A DNA stretch of 64,000 bases from Macrostomum hystrix. Lineage: Eukaryota; Animalia; Platyhelminthes. How positions within the stretch are numbered: the stretch's first letter is position 1; every line of letters starts with the position of its first letter. The stretch covers positions 1,364,001 to 1,428,000 of the forward strand of contig CATNEN010000034.1 in the NCBI GenBank assembly GCA_950097015.1. The letters are read 5' to 3'. A program made the translations under genes and the position numbers. The notes beneath the pieces were generated by a model. The model made no database searches, was not told the DNA's origin, and saw only the letters and a program-made list of their open reading frames with translations. Shown here in pieces: positions 20,101 through 32,399 of this stretch.

Positions 20101-22511
20101 TCTCTAATCTAGTCCCAGCCTCCGTCTCTCATCTAGTCCCAGCCTCCGTCTCTAATCTAGTCCCAGCCTCCGTCTCTCATCTAGTCCCAGCCTCCGTCTC
20201 TCATCTAGTCCCAGCCTCCGTCTCTAATCTAGTCCCAGCCTCCGTCTCTCATCTAGTCCCAGCCTCCGTCTCTAATCTAGTCCCAGCCTCCGTCTCTCAT
20301 CTAGTCCCAGCCTCCGTCTCTAATCTAGTCCCAGCCTCCGTCTCTCATCTAGTCCCAGCCTCCGTCTCTCATCTAGTCCCAGCCTCCGTCTCTAATCTAG
20401 TCCCAGCCTCCGTCTCTCATCTAGTCCCAGCCTCCGTCTCTCATCTAGTCCCAGCCTCCGTCTCTCATCTAGTCCCAGCCTCCGTCTCTCATCTAGTCCC
20501 AGCCTCCGTCTCTAATCTAGTCCCAGCCTCCGTCTCTAATCTAGTCCCAGCCTCCGTCTCTCATCTAGTCCCAGCCTCCGTCTCTCATCTAGTCCCAGCC
20601 TCCGTCTCTAATCTAGTCCCAGCCTCCGTCTCTAATCTAGTCCCAGCCTCCGTCTCTCATCTAGTCCCAGCCTCCGTCTCTAATCTAGTCCCAGCCTCCG
20701 TCTCTAATCTAGTCCCAGCCTCCGTCTCTAATCTAGTCCCAGCCTCCGTCTCTCATCTAGTCCCAGCCTCCGTCTCTAATCTAGTCCCAGCCTCCGTCTC
20801 TCATCTAGTCCCAGCCTCCGTCTCTCATCTAGTCCCAGCCTCCGTCTCTAATCTAGTCCCAGCCTCCGTCTCTCATCTAGTCCCAGCCTCCGTCTCTCAT
20901 CTAGTCCCAGCCTCCGTCTCTCATCTAGTCCCAGCCTCCGTCTCTCATCTAGTCCCAGCCTCCGTCTCTAATCTAGTCCCAGCCTCCGTCTCTCATCTAG
21001 TCCCAGCCTCCGTCTCTCATCTAGTCCCAGCCTCCGTCTCTAATCTAGTCCCAGCCTCCGTCTCTCATCTAGTCCCAGCCTCCGTCTCTCATCTAGTCCC
21101 AGCCTCCGTCTCTCATCTAGTCCCAGCCTCCGTCTCTCATCTAGTCCCAGCCTCCGTCTCTCATCTAGTCCCAGCCTCCGTCTCTAATCTAGTCCCAGCC
21201 TCCGTCTCTCATCTAGTCCCAGCCTCCGTCTCTCATCTAGTCCCAGCCTCCGTCTCTCATCTAGTCCCAGCCTCCGTCTCTCATCTAGTCCCAGCCTCCG
21301 TCTCTCATCTAGTCCCAGCCTCCGTCTCTAATCTAGTCCCAGCCTCCGTCTCTCATCTAGTCCCAGCTCTACTCCGTCCTCACCGGAACAGCTGAGTAAG
21401 ATGGGCGCTTGGTAGACTCGCTGGCGGACGCTTGACGCGGCGTCGCCTTCGCTGCCTTCCATTAGGTGTCATCGGCGTCGCCGATTCCACGTAGTCTTCG
21501 TCCATATCGAGCGTGCCTAGCAGGGTGGCCATCTGCCAGGTGTTGCGCAGGTGCAAGTAGGCTACACTGCGAGATGACGAGAACACGTTGCAGAGAATAC
21601 GGAAGCTTTTACCGACTGCCGCATTGGCTTCGCCACCGTCAGTAGTAGATGTTGGGACTGTGGACTGTCGTGGGTTCGAGTCTCCGTTTAAAACCGGCTT
21701 TGTCTGATCCGGCTGTTGCTGCTGCTGCTGTTCCTGTTGGGGCAATTGCGAATCTTCTTGATGTGTCGCTGAAGGATTTGTCGGCTGCTCATTTCGATGA
21801 CGCTTCGGAAGACAGCCGCCAGATCGCTGATGCTGCTGCTGCTGCTGTTCCAGAGTTTCGCCAGAAGTCAATGACGGCTGGGTTGGTTGTCTTGATGCTT
21901 GTTGACGATTTTGTCTACGGCCGCGGCTAAAACAGCCGCCGCCACCACCAGCGCCTTCGTCACCGTTTTTTGGACCTGTAGCTTCAGGAGCGCCGGGTTC
22001 CGGAACCTCTGACTTAGCCAGCTGATCTCTGTTGCGATAAATGTCAGGCGAAAAACCTATTAGGTAAATCTTAACAAATTTCTGTAACGGTTTTAATAGG
22101 TTAACAAGAGATTAACCTGGCAGGTGAAGGACTGACGCCGCCAACACCGTCATCAACGCTTTCGTCAACCTCGCTGTCTTCGTCAACATCGTCAACACCC
22201 TCGCCGCCCGGCCGGCAGGTGACCTGCAGGGTCTGGACGCGGTACTCCTCGGCCAGACCAAGCCGGGGCGTCTTCACAATGGCGATGTCGACGACCCGGC
22301 GCAGGCTGACCGCGAGCCGCATGCTGGAGCACTTCACGTCGGAGAAATAGATGCCCTCACCGACTAGAAGGAAGTAGGCCTCCTCCGGCGACGACTTGCC
22401 GCCGCTCGCCTCATCTGTCAGAACCCGCTCGAAGCAGCGCAGCTTGTCGCTTTTGCCAGGCAGGCTTCTCTTCAAGTGCTCCTTGAGCACAATGTTGTCC
22501 AGGCTCGTCAT
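14138..22511 (-). CDS. C12orf56: C12orf56/DUF4551-like protein, about 665 aa; exons 22511-22117, 22028-21384, 19851-19575, 17498-17287, 14606-14138
   Basis: All four introns are GT-AG and phase-consistent (1998 nt total). Motifs KRLFWETDDLFRCIVNKL, AYLHLRNTW and HREDFRYFI resemble the recalled human C12orf56 motifs KRLFWKTSDLFYFIVNKL, IFLHLKSSW and YREEFRYFI. Confidence 0.85.
14746..15020 (+). mobile_element. tRNA-derived SINE with a CORE-like central segment
   Basis: Pol III A box tagcccagtggt (14755-14766), B box gagttcgaatc (14798-14808), then tgtgtcctttagcaagacacttg. Segment 14911-14940 matches the reverse complement of 28611-28640 at 29/30 nt. Confidence 0.75.
15358..16136. repeat. 20-bp minisatellite (acagaggggttttcagtgag) in C12orf56-like intron 4
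   Basis: Direct periodicity. Confidence 0.95.
17510..19566. repeat. 14-bp minisatellite (gcagtggattgg[g/a]t, about 147 units) filling C12orf56-like intron 3
   Basis: Direct periodicity with two alternating variants; occupies almost the whole 2076-nt intron. Confidence 0.97.
19893..21366. repeat. 27-bp minisatellite (ctagtcccagcctccgtctct[a/c]at, about 54 units) filling C12orf56-like intron 2
   Basis: Direct periodicity with a single A/C variant site; explains the LVPASVS[NH] shadow ORF. Confidence 0.97.
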
Positions 22512-24756
22512 GACAGAGCAGCTGAAATGGCTGTGCAAAGAATATACCTGTAGAAATTCTTGTGGATCTGCCAGGTGTTCAACGGAACGGACTCCTAAGC
22601 GAAAGATATGGAGTTACGAGCAGAATCTGAGCCACTCGAAACAGCTCCGAGTTGTTATTGACCAATGTACTTAATTTCCCGTTACTTTGGCGGTGTCTGC
22701 CCTTTTCATGAACAAAAAAGTCTTTGTTTGCGTCGTGCAACAGCTGCGGCTGGCTCAACATCTGCACAACTGAGTTAGGTGTAGTTGTACATATATTTAT
22801 AAGAAAGTTAACCACACTGTTTCGTTATTCGTTTACGACTTTTATTTCATCGCGAGCGAGGGGCATTTATAGGAGCAACAACCCGAATAAGGTCGGAATT
22901 ACCTGAAAAATTACCATTGAAATATTAAATGTATTAACTTTTACTACTAGTCTTATGTCCTATATTTGAACAAGCCATCCACAAAAAGCTGAAGTTGTCT
23001 AAACATAGCTAAAGCATGAAGTTTAGATCTATATTCAGTATTGCACAGAAATAAGAATTGCTAGTTGTAATTTTTATGTATATCACATTTTCTAATCATG
23101 TTTATCTTCAAAAACTCTTATTTTCACATAACCATTTTCTTCATTTTTTTCTCTTTCAACATTTACGCAAGGCTGCTTAAGCTGTTTACTATTAGCAACT
23201 TTCGTATTTCTATCATCTTTTATTGATATAATAATAAAATATAATCTCTATTACTTACTACTATGCTGGCACCATTTTTTTGCATTATTGTTCTGTGCTT
23301 GACGCTGAACGTCCTGATATAAACTACTTATTGATCTCTCTAATTAAATAAATTAAAATTAATGATTTACCTGAATTTAAGAACAGCACATGTATTTTAT
23401 TTCATAAACTATTTGCGATATACTATTTGTATTTTTGTTCTCGCAGTTAGTCTTGGGGACCTAAACAAAAAAACAAAGGCCAGAAATGAGAGAATAAATT
23501 CCATCAGTCTGAACAATCACTCAGTGACACACAGTGAGGGGTTCAAAGAAGTACCAGCGTTATCATATTCAAGTATGCTTTACATTATATTGGTTGTTAG
23601 TTTATAGCATAGTGATTATTAAACAGAAATCAAGACTTCTGTTACGGTTTTTTGTTTCTGTAGAATAACAAAGGGGTGTCCAATTAGGTGTAAATTTTAA
23701 GCTGTAAATCGGTGTAAAAATTAGTGCCATTGATGCCACAGTTGTCATTGTCACGTAGGTATTAATAAAATACCTGTCCATTTGGCTTTAAAAACTTCCT
23801 TCTGGGCGAAACTGAACCTAAAGCATTTGTAATAGTTATTTGCAAGTTCTAACTTTTAAACAATTAATTTAAAAAAAGGCAAATAATATTATTTCTGCTG
23901 TAGTCTGTGTTGCAAAAATACTATTAAAAACAAATTTCACTGCAAACTTTGTTATAATTAAAAAAGTCGAATTTATCATGACGTTACACGCATTACTAAA
24001 TCCACATGTACTAAATCTGTTTTTTACATATACTATACAGTCAGATAAAAAATAAGCTCATGTCATGTCATGAAGCCATTTAAGTTTGGTTGTGTATAAT
24101 TTACGCATATTTGGCTACGAATCCTGCTTCCAGTTAAATGCGTTTATTCTAACGTTTTTTTACTCTATAATGGCTGATCATTTAGAGTTTCAATACAGTA
24201 ATGTAATGTAATTTGTTAGTATTTGATTTATGCCAGGAAAGGTTCTCCTTTCGACATAAAATTATGATTGATTTGTTGTCATGATGATGATAAGTTCATA
24301 ATTTAATTCAATTTAGGCGTATCTCAGGTTCGAAATGTAAATTTGTCATTGTATTTTGAACCCCGATAATAATTACCATAGAATCGATTATGGACTTTTT
24401 TAAGTTTACTGAAAAATATTGGCTTGCGAAGCACATTTCTGAAGTCTATTCTTACTTTTACAGCAGAAAATTTCAATTGAGTTAAGAACTATATCTACAA
24501 CCGACAAGTTGTGATGCTAATCAGGGCACGAAGTAGTTCTCGAACACTAAAGCCAAGTGGCGATGAAAACAGACGGCAAACATTGGCAGCAGCTTCGGCT
24601 GGGACCAGCACGGATCGTTTCAAGTGGCGCATCTCTACCAGAAATAATAGTGGAACTCAGGTGCAAAAGCGAGAAAGCAACCTTCAGCAGCGGATGAAGG
24701 TAACTTAACTGATCACCTTCTTCTTCTTCCATTTCGGGCGTGCTCGGGCCGTCGCC

Positions 24757-27700
24757 ATGGCACCGGGCATCAGAGGACGCCCTCCTTATCGAGGAGGCCC
24801 AGCACAGCAAAGTAGTTTAAAAAACCGCCTCTTTGGGGCCCCAGAGGCGGCAGCGATGGGCAGTCAGGACAGGGTAGTTAATGAGCAGGTAGGCGGCCGT
24901 CTCTTCGCCCTCGCCACAGAGGCGGCAGTTGGGTCAAATATTAACGCCGATTTTGACCTGAAAGCCTCACAGAGACAGGCAGCGGTCGTGGCAGATTAGC
25001 CGCTCTTGTCCGATCTGACGTTTGTCACTCTAATCCCAAAGCGCTTATTGCGATCAGAATCAATTTATAATTTTTATCCGACCTACCGACCTATCGCATA
25101 TAGGACTGTTCATTCTACTTTTCTGAAAGCCCAATTTTCCTCCTGCAGTCACCGCCAACTGCAGCCGTCGCACAGACAGAAGTGCAGTCAGCGAGCGACG
25201 CTATCAGACACACCAGGCAGGTCTGCACATACTCAAACTATCTCGAATTGCGTAAGAAGGCCATAAGAATCGATTCCGCCCTTCTCTCGAGCGTAAACGC
25301 GACAGAGAATGCCGCGGACACCATAAATTCGACGGACGTGCCCACTAGGTCTCGTCAAAATTTGTCAAAGACTGGTAAATGCGAAATTTCGAATGTGACA
25401 GTAGCCGTCAGGAACGCTGAAGAAGCCAGCGCAGAGGAAACCGATAACGAGGAGAGCAACGGCAAGTGCGGCTGCTGCTCCAGGGTCAAGAAAGACATCA
25501 AGGATCCAGCGGAGCGGCGTCGAAGGCACCTTATCAATCAGGATGAGCGCTCTGTGAGGACGTCTTGGGACGCTGGGGATGGTTTCCCTGGGATGTTGGG
25601 GGTGGGTGTTCTGAGATGTTGGGTTCAGTGTTCTGGGATGTTAGTGTGGGTGTTTTGGGATGTTGGGTGGGTGTTCTCGGATGTTGGGGTGGGTGTTCAG
25701 GGATTTTGGGGTGTTCTGGGATGTTTGGAATGTGTGTTCAGGGATGTTCGGGTGGGTGGTCTGGGATGTTGGGGTGGGTGTTCTGGGATGTTAGGGTGGG
25801 TGTTCTGGGATGTTTGGGTGGGTGTTTTGGGATGTTGAGTTCAGTGTTCTGGGATGTTAGTGTGGGTGTTTTGGGATGTTTGGAATGCGTGTTCAGGGAT
25901 GTTCGGCTGGGTGTTCTGGGATGTTGGGGTGGGTGTTTTGGGATGTTGGGGTGGGTGTTTTGGGATGTTTGGAATGCGTGTTCAGGGATGTTCGGCTGGG
26001 TGTTCTGGGATGTTGGGGTGGGTGTTTTGGGATGTTGGGTTCAGGGTTCTGGGATGTTCGGGTGGGTGTTCTGGGATGTTGGGGTGGGTGTTTTGGGATG
26101 TTTGGAATGCGTGTTCAGGGATGTTCGGCTGGGTGTTCTGGGATGTTGGGGTGGGTGTTTTGGGATGTTGGGAATGCGTGTTCAGGGATGTTCGGGTGGG
26201 TGTTCTGGGATGTTGGGAATGCGTGTTCAGGGATGTTCGGCTGGGTGTTCTGGGATGTTGGGGTGGGTGTTTTGGGATGTTGGGAATGCGTGTTCAGGGA
26301 TGTTCGGCTGGGTGTTCTGGGATGTTGGGGTGGGTGTTTTGGGATGTTGGGAATGCGTGTTCAGGGATGTTCGGGTGGGTGTTCTGGGATGTTGGGGTGG
26401 GTGTTTTGGGATGTTGGGTTCAGGGTTCTGGGATGTTCGGGTGGGTGTTCTGGGATGTTGGGGTGGGTGTTTTGGGATGTTTGGAATGCGTGTTCAGGAA
26501 TGTTCGGCTGGGTGTTCTGGGATGTTGGGGTGGGTGTTTTGGGATGTTGGGAATGCGTGTTCAGGGATGTTCGGGTGGGTGTTCTGGGATGTTGGGGTGG
26601 GTATTTTGGGATGTTGGGTTCAGGGTTCTGGGATGTTCGGGTGGGTGTTCTGGGATGTTGGGGTGGGTGTTTTGGGATGTTTGGAATGCTTGTTCAGGGA
26701 TGTTCGGCTAGGGTGTTCTGGGATATTGGGGTGGGTGTTTTGGGATGTTGGGAATGCGTGTTCAGGGATGTTCGGGTGGGTGTTCTGGGATGTTGGGGTG
26801 GGTGTTCTGGGATGTTGGGGTGGGTGTTTTGGGATGTTGGGTTCAGGGTTCTGGGATGTTCGGGTGGGTGTTCTGGGATGTTGGGGTGGGTGTTTTGGGA
26901 TGTTTGGAATGCGTGTTCAGGGATGTTCGGCTGGGTGTTCTGGGATGTTGGGGTGGGTGTTTTGGGATGTTGGGAATGCGTGTTCAGGGATGTTCGGGTG
27001 GGTGTTCTGGGATGTTGGGGTGGGTGTTCTGGGATGTTGGGGTGGGTGTTTTGGGATGTTGGGAATGTGTGATCTGGGATATTCGGATGGGTGTTCTGGT
27101 GTGGTGTGGATGTCTCTCTCATCGGATTGTGATCGTGGTTCATGAAGTTTGTGGACTGGTCTCTATGAGCTAGGCCTGAAAGTCTTGACTGTCTGGATGT
27201 CGGATTTTATTAGTCAATAGGATAATGATTACAATGCATCGCAAGTGATTATTCTCACCTATTTCGCACAGGGTAAGCCTTTAAAAGAGTCGCTGAGTAA
27301 AATTCTAGACGAAGACGCGGACTTAGCCGACTTGAAGGATACGGACTCCACCATCACGCTGATGCCATACGTGCTGTTTGAGAGCGAAAGGCACAAGGTG
27401 TTGTACCAGTCAGTGGACATGGATCAAGCTGAGCTGCTTAAGCGGGCCATTGCCCTGCATGCTAACAACCTGTACAAGCATATGCTGATGAGGCTTGCAA
27501 TGGCCAGGTGAAGCACAGTCGAATTATCTCTACTGCGACAATAATTTTAGACATTTAGGACAGCGACAGAGCATTTCACGCGTCTGCCTCTCACCAAGGT
27601 CCGGAGTTCGAATCCGCGGCTAGGCTTCGGACTCATTCGTGGCAACCCCTAAGCCAGATGCGGCCCTCGAAGCTCCCAAATCCGGCCCGTTGCCCCTTCT

Positions 27701-29222
27701 GACATCTACAGTGTCCTGTTTCATCTCTCTCGTGTCTAATATCTCCCATGTCTCATCGCTCTCGTATCTAATCTCTCCCGTGTCTAATCTCTTTCGTGTC
27801 TAATCTCTCCCGTGTCTAATCTCTCCCGTGTCTAATCTCTCCCGTGTCTAATCTCTCCCGTGTCTAATCTCTCCCGTGTCTAATCTCTCCCGTGTCTAAT
27901 CTCTCCCGTGTCTAATCTCTCCCGTGTCTAATCTCTCCCTTGTCTAATCTCTCCCGTGTCTTATCTCTCCCGTGTCTAATATCTCCCATGTCTAATCTCT
28001 CCCGTGTCTAATCTCTCCCGTGTCTAGTTTCTCCCGTGTCTAATCTCTCCCGTGTCTAATATGTCCCATGTCTCATCGCTCTCGTATCTAATCTCTCCCG
28101 TGTCTAATCTCTTTCGTGTCTAATCTCTCCCGTGTCTAGTTTCTCCCGTGTCTAATCTCTCCCGTGTCTAATCTCTCCCGTGTCTAATTTCTCCCGTGTC
28201 TAGTTTCTCCCGTGTCTAATCTCTCCCGTGTCTAGTTTCTCCCGTGTCTAATCTCTCCCGTGTCTAGTTTCTCGCGTATCTAATCTCTCCCGTGTCTAAT
28301 CTCTCCCGTGTCTAATTTCTCCCGTGTCTAATTTCTCCCGTGTCTAATTTCTCCCGTGTCTAATCTCTCCCTTGTCTAATCTCTCCCGTGTCTAATCTCT
28401 CGGCCGTGTCTAATCTCTCCCGTGTCTAATCTCTCCCGTGTCTAGTTTCTCCCGTGTCTAGTTTCTCCCGTGTCTAATTTCTCCTGTGTCTCATCTCTCC
28501 CGTGTCTCATCTCTCCCCTATCTCATATTTATACAGTCAATGCGGCCCGCTGTCGTCTTTTAGGCTCTCTCTTTGGCCCGCCAGCAAATAAGTTTGCCTA
28601 CCCCTGATCTAAAGGCTGCGTACGGCTGTTCAGTCCATGGACTAGTGGTGATACCCATTTTAGTAACAGTGTAGTCGACCTTGAAGCCCCGAGTCCAACG
28701 CTCTAATCACTAGGCTACAGCCCTACTACAGCTCAGGAGTCAGTAGAATAGTCAGGATTGCAAATGCTATTCAAATACGACACACTGAAGCACTGTCCAT
28801 TTTCGATCGCAACTGCCAGATACCTGAAGTTGATCCGCGAGTCGGTTGTTCGCACCATTCTGTCGAAGAATATTAAATTCATCCTAAAAAATGACGCCAT
28901 AGCCGTCAATTCGCTGGGCATAGAGACCGCCGCCGAGGATACCCGCACCGTGGAGGAGCTTCGCGCCTCGAAGACATTAAGCTTTAGAGATTTCACCTTC
29001 GACACGTCAGGAATCCAGTTGCCGCATTTTAGATCATCGCAGCTGATGGATTCGACGGAACTGCTGCGGGAGAAGTTCAAACCGACGCCGAGGCTCACAG
29101 ACAAGGAAGTGCTGCAGCTGCTGAGAGACGGCAAAGTGTTGGACATAACTGGGCGGGCATCTCTCGAGAGTCTCATCTCCCTGCCAATCACCAGGGTTGG
29201 CCAGAGACGCAGGGATATTTGA
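24757..29222 (+). CDS. Uncharacterised protein, about 391 aa; exons 24757-24888 (less certain), 25149-25553, 27272-27507, 28820-29222
   Basis: GC-rich open segments bounded by ...cag acceptors and gtag/gtgag/gtgaa donors, in consistent phases 0/0/2. No family recognised; the first exon is tentative. Confidence 0.65.
25575..27075. repeat. G-rich composite minisatellite (gggatgttggggtgggtgttct / ggaatgcgtgttca modules) in an intron
   Basis: Direct repetition; dense G3-G4 tracts on the plus strand. Confidence 0.93.
27560..27625 (+). mobile_element. Short tRNA-like SINE head fragment
   Basis: B-box-like ggagttcgaatcc at about 27603-27615; no complete cloverleaf. Confidence 0.4.
27639..28606. 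mobile_element. hAT-like MITE remnant enclosing a 16-bp minisatellite
   Basis: The right end aagtttgcctacccctg (28590-28606) is the reverse complement of a CAGGGGTAGGCAAAC-type hAT TIR, preceded by gcggcccg/ggcccg subterminal motifs. The left side has ggcaacc..gccagatgcggccc..atccggcccg. No TSD identified. Confidence 0.5.
27735..28520. repeat. 16-bp minisatellite (gtctaatctctcccgt)
   Basis: Direct periodicity. Confidence 0.95.
28611..28723 (-). mobile_element. Internally deleted copy of the SINE at 14746
   Basis: Reverse complement reads ctgtagcctagtgattagagcgttgga... then ccatggactgaacagccgtacgcagccttt, matching 14752-14778 and 14911-14940. Confidence 0.7.
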
Positions 29223-29631
29223 GGCCTGCTCTCTCTCTGTTTTTTACTAAAAATTTACGTAAACAGTGAGGTCACGCCCCATGGCCTGGCACGACTCCAT
29301 GTTTATTTTTAGACTATTTCCTCGACTCTATTTGTTTCACAGCTCGATGAAAAATCAATCAAAACGCGCCTGGTGGGAAGTTAGATTTTTTTCTCTCTGT
29401 CGAGCTCCTTTGCGACTGCAAATAAACTGGAAGCATGTTGAAGTGCTCAGGCTGCTCACTTTTATGTTGAATTCTTATATTATCGCAATCTGCTGCGATT
29501 TAGTGGCTGTTTAAATTCGTTTTTTACGCTTTCATCTACAGAACTCAAAAGTATTCTGAGAAAAAATTTTCAAATTTTTCTCACTCCTTTTAATCCAGTC
29601 CCTCTCAAGTAAGACATTTTGAGAACACTTC

Positions 29632-31455
29632 TCAAACTCTGGTGATGGGGGAGTAGGCCAGAGTTCGACTGGAGCCCGCCTGCGGCCTGATAGGCACGGC
29701 GGGGAAGTGCTGCTGATGGTGCAACCAGCCAACTGGAACCTGCTGCCGCCCGGAGCTGACGATGGCAGGACCCTGGCCATCCAGTGGCCGATGGAGAGTC
29801 GCCGTCGGTGGTGGCGGCGGTGGCGGCGGCGGCAGCTGGGAGAACGCTCCGGCCAGGCCTTCGACAGACGATGACAGCCCACCGGCCGAGGATTCCTCGT
29901 CGAAGGAGGCCTGCCGATTCGGCCGGTGATGAAGCGAAGCCCGGGCAGCTGGCGGCCTCTGCCGCTGCCGACGCTGCTGCTGCAAGTAGTCCAGGTCGGG
30001 CGCCAGATCTTCGCTGCCGACTTGGTCGACGCTGCCGCAGCTGCCGGATCCGGCCGTGGCCCCTTCACGCCGCGATTGCGACTGCTTCGGTGAGCCGCCA
30101 GAAGCCTCGGGCAGCAGCTGGGCCTTGCCGGAGTTGGCCGCGGCGGCGTCGACTGCCAGCATCCAGCGGTTGACTTCATCTTCTGTGGACAATGGCGCAG
30201 GCCTGGCGCAGGGCAGGCAGCGGGCCAGCAGGTGGTTGGCGCTGCGGTCGAAGGCCAGAATCAGCAGCGGCTCCAAGGCGGCTCGAGAGAAGCCAAGGAT
30301 TGTGAGCATCTTGTAGAGCTCGGTGCTCACCTGGAGTTGAAGCAATTTCGGCGCAGGAATCTCGTAGATACTCGAAAAGTTCTGCTTTAAAATAAACATG
30401 CTATTAAATTGCGGTTGCTATGCTGTTGCTATGTGATTTAAAACTGATCCTACACTTTTGCCATACCCTTGCTGTTGTTTTAGCTGTATTTTTGCTACGC
30501 TATTGGATAGCACTAGAGTTACAAACGCATTTTTTTATTCTTGATCATACCATTTCCTTGAAAAGTTTTTTGTACTGCCTCTGTGCCCATGACTGCTCAC
30601 CTGGTACTGCGGATCGACCAAAATCAGCAGAAACAACGGGTACCAGCAGAGGAAGTGCACTGCGCAGACGGCGCTGAGCACACGCTGGCGGTTCCGCTTG
30701 AGTCCGGCCAGGCTGTCCAACTTTTTATCCACGGCCTCCATGCTCACTGGCAGCTCCTCCTGCTGGCCGCTGAGTATGATGAGTTTGGCCTGCACAGTCT
30801 TGCCGATGACCTTGTGAAATACGGCCAGGTAATAGGCAGCCGCAGCCAGCGCCAGGGACACAATCAGAATCCACATGGTGTACACTATGTAGTTCTTCAC
30901 CTGGCCGTAAACAAACAGGCAGCGCTTGGCTTTGCTAGACTCGAAATTGGCGCCAATCAGGGTTGGCCCCAGGTGCAGAATAATGCTGCCAGTGTACACC
31001 AGAACAGTGCCGAACAGCACGCAGCACAGGCTGCCCTTCGGTCGCTTTTTCACCGCCGTCGGACAATTGTCGAACAGGTAGACCTCGCAGCAGGCGGCTG
31101 CAACCAGGTTGAACACCGAGGCGGTCATCAGCACGATGTAGCTGGTGCCCAGCGAGTTGCAGCTGCTGGCTGGCACCGCGCCGGCTTCGAGGCCTCTGGC
31201 AAAGATGACGCAATAGGCTGACAGGGCTGAGTTCAGCAGGCAGGCATGGACTAGAAAGGCCGACGACAGACGGCGGGTATGCGACTGCAGTAGGACCGCG
31301 ATCAGGAGCGCCGCATTGGCTGACAGACCGACGCCGGCTACCAGGTACATCACCGCCTGCTCCACTGCGCCATGCAGGGCCTCCGCGTCAGCGTGCTCGT
31401 GCTCCGATGCAGCCGCCGCCGCATTTGATGCGGACGCTGCTAAGTCCTCCGACAT
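29632..31455 (-). CDS. Orphan rhodopsin-like (class A) GPCR, about 517 aa; exons 31455-30601 and 30330-29632
   Basis: Six hydrophobic segments in exon 1 (TM1 GLSANAALL, TM6 FLCWYPLF). A phase-0 splice supplies TM7 (ELYKMLTILGFSRAALEPLLILAF) and a long low-complexity C-tail. Loosely SREB-like (inference). Confidence 0.85.
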
Positions 31456-31536
31456 TTGTTCTGGCTTATCTGTCAGCTCTCATGGCAGATCAGCCCTGGA
31501 ATGTTTACAGCAGTTTTGCCAGCTGCACTTTTGTCA

Positions 31537-31631
<95 letters not shown>

Positions 31632-31675
31632 GGGCGTGTGTCTATCCGTAAGACCGTATCTAAATTATCTTATCT

Positions 31676-31706
<31 letters not shown>

Positions 31707-31707
31707 T
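31537..31707. repeat. (CTGT)n and (TATCT)n microsatellites upstream of the GPCR
   Basis: Direct. Confidence 0.95.
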
Positions 31708-32399
31708 CTCATGAGACTGGAACACACTATAACACTAGCTGCAGAGTTATCAGTCTCTCTTTCTCAGCTAAAATATGGTCTCAAAAAGAGCAAGCTCCGA
31801 TTCCCACACTATGCCAACTACTCTAGAATAAGATGCTGCTGCTAAAACGACAGGTGAAGTGGACGCAGTGTGACACACACTTGGCAAGCTGCAAGTGACC
31901 CGGCCCCCGTTTAGAGCGCCTGACTCATTGAAACTGAACCAACTGGTACTGCTGTGGAGCACTTGGCTGGCTATACAAAACTAATTCATAGGACACATGC
32001 CCGCACACTGTGAGTTGGATCTGTCAATCAATGCGACCTCTTCATTGAGCTGCTCAGTTGATCTTCTAAGATTACAGGCACAATGCCCTTCCTCTCTCTC
32101 TCTTGGACTTTTGCTTTTGTGTTCAAGCTGCCGGCTTTACTGGCCAAAATACAATCTGTATTAAAGTGAGGGACGGACAGATGTAAGATCGAGTCAGGGA
32201 AAGACACGGGAAGGGGAGATTGACAGACTGGGATGACGGAAGGAGACCGCGGCTCGCATTGCATGTGTAGATAAATAAATAAATAGAGGCAGAGATTTGA
32301 AGGCCTAGCCGTAATGGAGAGTGAAGGCACTGCGAAGGAGAGTCAGAAGGAGTGGGTAGGGAGTGTAGAAGGTCAGACACAAATAAACTTTATGAGGGT

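Noticed and set aside
17157-21395. 700-885-aa ORFs (WVQWIGCSG, STAPNPLHP, LVPASVS) and CRISPR-like appearance
   Set aside because: Intronic minisatellites; units are contiguous with no unique spacers and no cas genes. The 885-aa minus ORF merely runs through an intron between two real exons.
25565-27173. Gly/Trp/Cys-rich ORFs
   Set aside because: Shadow translations of the G-rich intronic array.
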